From Basidiobolus meristosporus CBS 931.73 (lineage: Eukaryota; Fungi; Basidiobolomycota): a stretch of 64,000 bases of DNA. The notes beneath the pieces are model-generated. The model was given only the letters and a program-made list of their open reading frames with translations, made no database searches and was not told the DNA's origin. The stretch lies in NCBI GenBank assembly GCA_002104905.1, contig MCFE01000153.1, positions 88,523 to 152,522 on the forward strand, written 5' to 3'. Position numbers and translations under genes: made by a program. Numbering within the stretch: the first letter of the stretch is position 1; each line of letters begins with the position of its first letter. Below, piece by piece: positions 52,937 through 62,032 of the stretch.

Positions 52937-54109
52937 ATCCCATTCTTAACATTATTCGGCGGTTTAATTCAAATAAAATCGCTTTTCGCTATAGAATAGT
53001 ATACCAGTATTATCTATCATGTTGTAGAAGATATGCACGCCCTATTGGACAACTATTGCTAGAATATTCATAACGAAATGGGCAAAATTTCTGCTATACT
53101 ACCGTACCCAAGGCTGTCGTTGTTGTAGAAGCCGATCCCCAACTTATTTCATCGGTGACAAAGATTCCACAGTACAGATAGCTGATGCTTACCATCATCA
53201 AGATCACCCATGGTAAGGTCCAAGTGACTTCGCTGCACAAATGCGCAGTATTCGACTCGGAGTTCTATTTCAACCAATACTGATGATTCTGCACTGATAT
53301 TTGTATCAATTTATTCCTAGGTATCCGAAAGTCCCAAGATTACGTCCAATCTCCATCTCCACTTAGGGTACCTCTATTGACTGGGAACTACTAGAAGACT
53401 AGTATGAATCCGAGGCCATACGCCCATTTTCTGATATTTTTATTCATTTCTAATGAAAGAGGCTACACACTAAGCGGAAAAGCCTCAAGACTCATCATTT
53501 TCTTGGATGTCACAAATGCAATATGGCTGATACTATTCAGGCTAGCAAACAGATAAGGACAACTAGATTAGGCTTATCCACCAAAAAAACCTTGAGACAG
53601 ATTAAAAAGTCCTGGGTTATAAATACTCCCTAAATTTTTGGTAAACCTAATCGCGATTTATGATGAACCCCTGACTTATTATTATCACCGTATAGTGTTC
53701 CAATCTATTTTTGGCAGCATTCCATTTTCAAAAACCATTTAACAGCATGTATCAATCTCGAGATAATAGAATCAATATGGCATTAAAGGGCATTTGTTAT
53801 GGTTGCCGAGAACACGGACTGGGACTATCTGATTGCATGATTGGCTATTTGGATAGAATGTAAATATGTAGAGTTGATTGATGTAATACTCGTTCTTTTT
53901 TGCTGTAACAAAGTTCGATAGGCCAATAGAATATGCATTGCAGAGCATGAATCATGCACCTAGATTTTCGATGGTTTTTTTGTCTAATCCAAATCAATAT
54001 CTGACTTGGTAATCAATGGAAATAATGCGTTGAAACAATTATCCATATGTAATAGCTAAAGCTTCATTGCCTAAAATGAAGCCCTGCGAGACATCTAGAT
54101 ATTGATTCG

Positions 54110-54800
54110 GTTGTAAGAGTTCTGGAGATATCGGATGTAACTGGGAGAACAAGTAGATAAAGTTGTTTTCACTTGATATTGCCAGCATATAGAAATGGAA
54201 ATTCTATTTTTACATGCCCTTGGTAAAAAAAACCGGTAGAATATATTTATAAAGGTCCCAAAAACAGTTGTGCAAAGGTTGAGGGCCTTCGGACAAAATA
54301 TTCTTAGTAAAACCTAATAAGGAGTGTAGGTAAATATGTTATAAATTTCGTAATTACACCTAAGTATTCACCTAGCTTAGTCACTTAGATAATTGCCTAC
54401 AAATCTTAGAGAATTCTGACCAAATTTCTTTGCGAAATGAGTCCTTCTGCTGTGGACTTGCTTACAGATAGCAGGTTCTTGGCTATTTCTAGTACATAGA
54501 GTATTTCTTGAAAGGCCAGTGTATGGCTTCTACACTGCTTCTAAGGTTTACTTGGATAGTTCTGTCTCCAACTGCTTCAAGTGCTCTATTGGTTATAAGA
54601 GTCTTGGAGATATTGGAAGTGATTGGGAGAACAAGTAGATTATGTTGTTTTCACTTATTGATTTATTGAATATAAAAGTAGTATCAATACTTTTACCCAC
54701 TCTTAGCAGAGCAAGCACATAGAGCATATTTAGTGAGGTCCCTAGAGCATGTCTGCAAAGTTTGGGGCTGCCTGGACAGTCTTAAGAGATTTGATGTTCT
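54110..54800 (-). repeat. Degraded copia LTR copies and an internal fragment
   Basis: Two partial LTR-like segments (about 54110-54420 and 54590-54800) around a fragment homologous to 17390-17530. Confidence 0.7.
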
Positions 54801-54803
54801 GGG

Positions 54804-55880
54804 TGTTGTAAGAGTCTTGGAGATATTGGAAGTGATTTGGAGAACAAGTAGATTATGTGGTTTTCACTTAATGATTTATTGAATGTAAAAGTAGTATTTA
54901 TACTTTTACCTGGTCTTAGCATTACAAACACGTAGAATAGGTTAAAGAAGGTCCCAAGAACATGTGTGCAAAGTTTGGGTCTGTTTGGACAACTTTGAGA
55001 ATTTTCATATTCTGGGTACCTGGTATTTTGGTGAAAATATTCCAAGTAAATCCCAACAAGGAATTTGGTCAGTATTCTCTAGGATTTGAGGGTAATGATC
55101 AAAGTGACTAAGTTAGGTGAATATTTAGGTGGAATTACAAATTTTTACAACACTCCCACCAAGCTAAATGTTCATACTGACTAGTCCTAATTTTGGCCTA
55201 AGATATTCAAACTTGTCTCTAGCTAATGGTTTGGGAAATATGTCTGCAATCATTTCATCTGTAGGACAGTAAACTAAGCTAACTAAGTTATTCTCTATAC
55301 CTTCATGTATGAAATGATGGCTAATATCTATGTGCTTAGTTCTGGCATGAAAAGTTGGATTTCTACCTAATTGTATACGTCCTTGATTATCTTGAAATAA
55401 AGTAATAGGCATTGTTTGACATAGGCCTAAATCTGTAAAAAGCTTTCTTAACCACATTGCTTCTTTTGTAGCTTCACAGGCTGCCATATACTCTGCCTCT
55501 GTGGTGGAAAGTACTACAGTTGGTTGCTTTCTTGAATTCCATCAAATTGCTCCTTTACAGTAAAGAAAGGTGTATCCTGTGGTGGATCTTCTGTCTTCCA
55601 AATTTTGTCCCCAATCAGCATCAGAGTATCCCACAAGATCCTGTTCTGAATCATTATAAGTATATCTTAAGCAGATATCAGCAGTTCCTTTTAGGTATCT
55701 AAAAATCTGCTTAACTGCTGCAATATGATCAGATCCATAGTTCTGATTATGTTGGCTGACAACTCCCACTGAATATGAGATATCTGGACGTGTTCCAAGC
55801 ATGATATACATCAGACTGCCAACCATAGATTGATAAGGAAAGTCAGGGCTTTCAGATGGCACCAAGCTCTCTAGATTTAG
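54804..55880 (-). mobile_element. 3' end of a copia (3' LTR 54804-55152, PPT, RNase H, RT C-terminus), truncated at the start of the telomeric array
   Basis: 349-bp LTR; YSDADW and ARTKHIDISHHFIHE motifs. Homology to the copy at about 2150 stops at 55880, where TTAGGG begins. Confidence 0.9.
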
Positions 55881-55885
55881 AGTTA

Positions 55886-55932
55886 GGGGAGGGGGAGACA
55901 GTCACCAACAGGTGAAATCTTTATTTCAGTTT
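55886..55932 (-). mobile_element. Telomeric LINE copy L1 (3'-terminal 45 bp only)
   Basis: ttagggg-a-ggggg-agacagtcaccaacaggtgaaatctttatttcagtt followed by tgggttaggg. Confidence 0.85.
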
Positions 55933-55938
55933 GGGTTA

Positions 55939-56313
55939 GGGGGGGAGACAGTCACCAACAGGTGGAATCTTTATTTCAGTTGAGACAAAGAAGCCAGCAC
56001 TACTGTTGTAGCTTTGATACAAGAGTGTGTAGCTGAGGGGAATTTGTAGGTAAGTCAATAAGAAGTGATGATAGCACTTCAGTGCTCAAGACACTGTTCA
56101 GTGGGAAGGGAGGCAGCAAGAGAGGTAAGTATGACTTGTGAACAACATTAATGAGTGGAATGTGATAAGGATTGATATTCATCATAAAGCAAGTGTGCTG
56201 CTGCAGATATTGCTGCCAAAGGTCTGTCAAGTACTTCAGGTAGGCCAGCTTGGGTTTTTCTGACTGCAGAATATAGTGAGTAAACTTCTTGACTTCAGGA
56301 TCTCCAAGTATAG
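55939..56313 (-). mobile_element. Telomeric LINE copy L2 (5'-truncated, about 375 bp, more diverged)
   Basis: Homologous to 56317-56695 with several substitutions; ends at ..agtatagtt|aggg. Confidence 0.9.
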
Positions 56314-56377
56314 TTAGGGGGGGAGACAGTCACCAACAGGTGAAATCTTTATTTCAGTTGAAACAAAGAAGCCAGCG

Positions 56378-59146
56378 CTACTGTTGTAGCTTTGATACAA
56401 GAGTGTGTAGCTGTGGGGAATTTGTAGGTAAGTTAATAAGAAGTGATGATAGCTCTTCAGTGCTCAAGACACTGTTCAGTGGGAAGGGGGGTAGCAAGAG
56501 AGGTAAGAATGACTTGTGAACAACATTAATGAGGGGAATGTGATAAGGATTGATATTCATCATAAAGGGAGTGTGCTGCTGCAGATATTGCTGGCAAAGG
56601 TCTGTCAAGTACTTCAGGTAGGCCAGCTTGGGTTTTTCTGACTGTAGAATATAGTGAGCAAACTTCTTGACTTCAGGATCTCCAAGTATAGTTCTCCAGC
56701 AGGAGCCAGGTGTTGTGTGGTGTGTTCTCTTCCAGGCCTTAATCAGTGGGTTGTTGCAGTTGTGAAGTCTGAGGTATAATCTGGTTCTAAGGTAGAGAAG
56801 TCTGATCTTATAGGGCATAAACCCAAAAGCACCAAGAATAGCATGTCTGTAGGGGCATTCAGGCAAATGAGGCACCAAGGAGGTAATGCACCATACTGCA
56901 AACTTGTCAAGCTTAGTGCAGTCTCTAGAAGTAAGAGAGAGAAGTGGTAAGCCAAATTCCAGGACAGGGAAGACAAACTGCTTGAGTAGAAGGAGGCAGC
57001 TGGGAGCTGAAGTTGTAGGAGAAGTAACAGCCAGTAGCTTGTGGAGTGCCTGTCTTGCCAGGAGAATTCTCTTCTTCAGGTGTGCTCCAGAGTCTATTCC
57101 AGTAGGAAGGAAAGGAAAGCCAAGATATGTAGCAGAAACCTGAGCAGGTAGAGTGGTGTTCTCCAAGGTGATGGGAGAGCCCAAAGGTACTGACTTTGCA
57201 ATGGAAAGCTGGAGATTATTCTTCTGCAGATACTGGTGGATGGTCTGGGAGTCCTGTTGCACATTGGAGGAGGATATTCTGATGTCATCAGCAAAGAGAG
57301 TAACCAGGCAGTCAGCTGAGAGTCTTGGGAAATCATTCAGAAAGATGGCAAACAGTATAGGACCAAGCACAGAGCCTAGAACAACTCCATTAGGAACTGA
57401 GAACACTGGTGATTGCTCACTTGGGTGCAGAATTCTTGCTTGTGGATCCAGAAACAGAGACCTGACAAGCAGGGTGAGAGAGGTACTGGAGAAGCATTGC
57501 AACTTGGACCAAAGCAGATTTCTGTCAACTGAATCAAAGGCCTTAGTAATATCAAACAGAACAGAGGGATACTTGCACTGGAGAGAGTGATCTTGGCTAA
57601 GTATGACTGCATATTACAAGGAGAGGCCAGGAGCAAAGCCAAACTGTGCTGGGTGAAACTTGAGGGAGTCAGAGTAGAGCTCTTGAGCAAGCAGAAGCTC
57701 AAACACCTTTCTGCAGGTGGGCAGCAGAGATATTGGCCTGTAGGAGCTAGGATCCAGGTGCTTTCCTTTACCCTTGTACAATGGCAGAAAATTTGCAAAG
57801 GACCATTCCTCAGGAGTAGAAAGCTGGGCTGAGCATTGCTGAAACAGTGGAAGCAGAAGTGCAGACATGGCCTTGGTACTAGTCTTCAGAAGCTCATAAG
57901 AGATTGTGTCCACACCTGGAGCAGTAGAGTTGGGAAGCCTCTTGAGCACATTATGGATTCTCCTTTGATCAAGTGCAAGTGGGATGGGCAGAGTCTTGAA
58001 GTCAGGATGAAAGCCAGGAGTTGAGTACTGCTTTGTAGAGAAGAAGATGTTAGCCAGCTGTTTTGTTGAAGGTAACTTCCTGGAAGAGGGCCTCATTGCC
58101 CTGTAGAGTCTTGATACTGTTCTTGTTATAGAGTTGGAAGATTGCAGAGGCAAAGAACTCATAATATGATCTCAGAGCTGAGTATGCAGAGTGTGGTGAA
58201 TTGCCTTGGAGTGGTGTATTGCTGTCAGGAGGAGTTTCTCTGTTTTTGGGTTAGGGAAACTCAGGTAGCTTTGTTGCATGGCTGAAACAATGGATTCCCA
58301 TTTTCTTGAGGTAACAGCAGTAGTCTTGCATGGCAGTGAGAGGGAGGCAGACACCAGAATCAGATGCTTCACAAAGAGCCAGGCATAGTTGAGATCATCT
58401 GGCAGAGAAAGTAGCAAACTGGCAAGCTTCAAGTAGTTCCCAAAGTATTTCTTCTGATTCTTGGTAGCTTTGTGGGTGAGCACAGTAAGTTTTGGCAGCT
58501 TCTTCTTCACAACTGGTAGCATAGAAAGGGACCAGGCTGGGTGGTCAGAGGCTCTCAAGGATCCTAGCTCAGCTCCAGAGAATTGCTGGACTTCATTCAC
58601 AAAGTAGAGGGCAGCAGCAGAAGGGCAGATCCAGTCAACACATCTTTTCTCAGATTGAGCACCTAGTGCTAGCAGATGGCTTTCTCTCAGGAAGTTCAGT
58701 AGGAATGTAGACCTTGGCTTCATTCTTGCAGTCAGAGTAGTCTTGTTCTCAGGATGGTGAATGTTGAGATCTCCAAGCAAGATAACAGGTGTTGATATAG
58801 ATTGCTGGTATTGCTGAACTTTCTGGCATATAACTTGCACTTCCTGAAGGGCAAGACTTGGAGGCAGATAGCAGAGCACCAGACTGATAGTTGGCAACTG
58901 GAGAGCAGCACAGTAAGGGGAGTAAAGAGGAACACAGAGCTGAGGAGTATTGATGGTAGAAGAGATGAAGCAGATAGAGGAGGTATTCTTTGTTCTAGGA
59001 GTAGAAAAGCAATATAGATTAGTCAAAAGTATAGAGGGTAGCTGGACATCAATCAAACACAGGAGGGAAAATCTTGAAAGAAGTCTCTCTAGAGTTGGTC
59101 TTGATGGCTGTATGCTGTTGCAGTTAAGCAACAGAACTTCAGGTAG
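56378..59146 (-). pseudogene. LINE ORF2: apurinic endonuclease plus reverse transcriptase, no RNase H; two premature stops
   Basis: One reading frame with stops at 58172 (TGA) and 57614 (TAA). APE motifs LNCNS, CYLPP, GDLN, VDW, SDH; RT motifs SYRPISLL, QFGF, FDITKAFDSVD, GSVLGPILF, FADD. Confidence 0.92.
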
Positions 59147-60654
59147 TCAGGCAGAGGTTGTAGCTTCTTCAGAGGCAGCATTGACAATGTGACCTGCAGA
59201 GTCCCAGAGCTCTTCAAATGGTGCCTCACTTAAGTCAGCAAGGAGGGAAATGGCATTATTCTTGAGGAAGTATGCCACATCATAGGAGGGGGCTTGTCTC
59301 TTGATGGCAGCAAAGAAAGACAGAATGGCAACATGAGCTGGAGGCTTGTTGAACAGTAGAGAGTCAGAGGAATCAGATTCTTCAGGCACTATCTTGAAGT
59401 CAGTTTTCAGCCAGTTAAGGTTCTTCTCCACAAAGGCAACAAATGGGTCAGCAATGTTTTGGTCTAGGATAACCTCCAGAATCTTCCCTTTTCTCCAGGC
59501 CAGGTTAACAATTCTTGAGAGCTGAATATTGCATGCCTTGAGTGCTTTCCTGATGTTGGAAATGGGAGTCCAGGGAACTTGCTTCAAGTACACCACAGTC
59601 CGGGTAGAAGCTGGTGGTAGGTTTGCTGGGGGCTTGTAAGTCCTTCTGTGTGGCAATGGAGCTGCAGTAGTCAGATTGGAGTCCACATTCTCAGTAGAGG
59701 GTTTTCTTGATGTATCTTGCTGAATGGTACTGGAGCTGGATGTGCTGATAATTCTTGCTAGAACCTTGCCTGCTTAAGTCTGAGGTATAGCTGAGGTGAC
59801 TGTAGAGGTGGTGGCAGCTGGTGCAGGTGGAGAGGCAGAAACTGAAGCAGGAACTGAGGTCACCTGGGAGAAGGCTGTAGAAGCAGGTTTTCCGGGAGGA
59901 ACAGAGTTCACTATCCAGTTGTTCTGTAAAACACTGGAGTAGCTTTTCTGTGGAACAGAATCTTGCTCTTGAACAGGAACAGAAGCAGGAGGCTGGGGCT
60001 GAGCAGTAGTGGTAAGGCAGTGGCACTCCAAGGAAGCTTTTTGCAAGGCATCTCTGGCAGTTTTCAGGGCAGTATTGGCTTCATTCTTGAGCTTCTTGCA
60101 TTGGGCATCCAGTCTTTTGTTTTCAATAGCCAGGGCAGTATTGGCAGCCTCTAAATCACAATTCTCTTCTCAATTGCAAGGAATCTCTGAAGAAATGCAT
60201 CAGTAGAAGTGCTGGCATCTGGGAGAGCAGTGGCAGGAATAGACTCCATTGACAGTGGGCTTCTTGGAGGCAAGGAAAGTGGACTGGCAGATTCAGGCAC
60301 AAAAGGAGATATTCTGGAAGGAGGAGAAGGAGTATCCAAGGCAGTAACAGAGGCAATTCTTGTTGGTGAAGCAGCAGCAGGGGAGGCAAGTCTGTTGAGA
60401 AACTGGGCAGGAGAGAGTGCTTGAGGAGAGGGAGTCTTCAGCTTGCCAAGCATGTCTTCCATCAGAGTGATACCAATATTCCTGGTGCATTTGCAGAGAA
60501 AAGTAAGCTTCCTGAGTCTGCCAGCTCTTCCATTCCTTCTGATAGTTCCTTTGTTTCCACAGTTGGGGCAAGAAATCTTCTTGACAGACTTGTCAAAGCA
60601 ATCAAGAACCTTCCTTTCAGGTGTAGTGGGCTCCTGTTGAGGTTTTGGTGGCAT
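59147..60654 (-). pseudogene. LINE ORF1 (about 500 aa): Cys-rich zinc-ribbon-like motif, Pro/Ser-rich region, coiled coil, RRM-like C-terminal domain
   Basis: MPPKPQQ start at 60654; CPNCGNK...FLCKC; 1-bp frameshift near 60155 (RIV|DLEAANTAL..); in-frame TAA at 59774; ends TTSA-TGA at 59147. Confidence 0.8.
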
Positions 60655-60779
60655 ATCCAGAGTTTCAGCTTCAAATTTCAATTTTTGAGATTTTTGGGTG
60701 ATTTTTGATGGGCGGGATCCAAATTAGGGTTAGGGTTGCGCGCTGTGACTGCTTTTTATGATCGCAAGGTCAGAACCTA

Positions 60780-61033
60780 GGAAAAAATAAAAATAGTTAG
60801 TAAAGGTGATTTAATGGATGGATGGATGGATTTGGAGTCATATTCAATCAAAAAATCAAATTGTTGACTAATTTAAAGAGGGGAAAAAATAAAAATAGTT
60901 AGTAAAGGTGATTTAATGGATGGATGGATGGATTCGGAGTCAGATTCAATCAAAAAATCAAATCGTTGACTAATTTAAAGAGGGAAAAAATAAAAATAGT
61001 TAGTAAAGGTGATTTAATGGATGGATGGATGGG
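60780..61033. repeat. About 102-bp tandem repeat (about 2.5 copies) containing (GGAT)n, between telomeric seeds
   Basis: Units start at about 60781, 60883 and 60984; flanked by (TTAGGG)2 at 60724-60735 and TTAGGG at 61034. Confidence 0.9.
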
Positions 61034-61041
61034 TTAGGGTA

Positions 61042-61568
61042 GGGGGGGAGGAAAGTCACCAAGTGGTGAAATCTTTATTTACTTATGACAAGTATCTAAA
61101 GAAGCCAAGTTAATCTGAAGTTATTCCTAGAAAGCTAGGTCTGAGAGATATCTTCCTGGTAAGCCAGGTCTGAGAGTTGAGAAGCTGAGTGGTACTATAA
61201 TTCCTAGTTAGCTAGGTCTGAGAGAGGTTTCCTGGAAAGCCAGGCCTGAGAAGTGAGAATCTGAATATATCTGAGCTAAGTTATACTGGTTTGCGGTAGC
61301 TGAATTGTGGCCGGAACGGCCAGTAGACTGGGGGAACTGAAATGAATTTCTGGGCGATCACTGGCCAAATTTACTAGGCAAATCTGGCCAATTAGCATTT
61401 CAAGGATTTCAGCCAATCAGAGCCTTTACTTTGCCCGATGGTTGATCAAGCCATCTCCCAATGAGCACACATCAATTTATTAATCAAATTTCTGCTGGAT
61501 CCAGGATTTGAACCCACAACCATGGGTATGGAAGGGTTAGGGATAACCACAAGGCTAAGTGTTCTTGG
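61042..61568 (-). mobile_element. Telomeric tRNA-derived SINE copy S1 (about 527 bp)
   Basis: A-box-like TAGCCTTGTGG (61557-61547) and B box GGTTCAAATCC (61514-61504) at tRNA spacing; non-coding body; 3' tail shared with the LINE; TTAGGG on both sides. Confidence 0.8.
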
Positions 61569-61571
61569 TTA

Positions 61572-62030
61572 GGGGGGATGATCATCACCAAAGGGTGAAA
61601 TCTTTATTCAAATAATAAATAAAGAAGCCAAGTTTGCATATGAATATCTGAGATGCAGGAAGCCTACAAGATAAACTTGGACTTTGCTGTATCCCAAATA
61701 TCCTCAATATCAAAGTCTAGAGGAGAGTGTAGCAAGACTGCTTGTTCACTGTAGTATTTCTTGAGGAAGTTTGTGACTTGAAGGGAAGGAGAGTTTTTCA
61801 ACAAGCTGGTAAATCTTTTGAGGAGTTCTTTTTCCAGAGAGAATGGCACAAAGAGTGGAATGTCCAAATGATGTCTGAATATATGCTCTGAGAGCTCCCA
61901 ATCCAGCATATTTTTGACTTCTTCTGTAAAATCTTCAACAATATCTTTGTCAAGAATAACTTCCAAGAGATCCATGGCAATGTACTGAATGTTAATAATC
62001 TTAGGCATATAAATACCTAGGTCCTTGAGG
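61572..62030 (-). mobile_element. 5'-truncated ORF1-only telomeric element (HeT-A-like), third family
   Basis: Encodes about 122 aa homologous to the LINE ORF1 C-terminus. TAG at 61664 is followed by about 90 nt of UTR and the shared 3' terminus, with no ORF2. Confidence 0.75.
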
Positions 62031-62032
62031 TA

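Larger units (their letters stand above)
56317..60723 (-). mobile_element. Telomeric non-LTR retrotransposon (APE+RT LINE) copy L3, apparently full length, about 4.4 kb
   Basis: ORF1 and ORF2 intact apart from one frameshift and three internal nonsense codons; TTAGGG at both ends; no poly(A); oligo-C 3' end. Confidence 0.93.

Noticed and set aside
56317-60723. Identity with MoTeR or Penelope-like (Athena/Coprina) telomeric elements
   Set aside because: It has an N-terminal APE endonuclease and LINE-type RT motifs, with no C-terminal restriction-like or GIY-YIG domain visible.
60780-61033. CRISPR-like array
   Set aside because: The units are contiguous 102-bp tandem repeats without unique spacers, in a eukaryotic context with no cas genes.
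61126-61260. Hammerhead ribozyme suggested by CTGAGAG next to hairpins
   Set aside because: The core needs CUGANGA plus GAAA in the right topology. CUGAGAG and CUGAGAA do not fit, and they lie on the non-transcript strand.
61490-61568. Functional tRNA gene
   Set aside because: A and B boxes are present, but acceptor, D and anticodon stems do not pair. It is treated as a SINE head.
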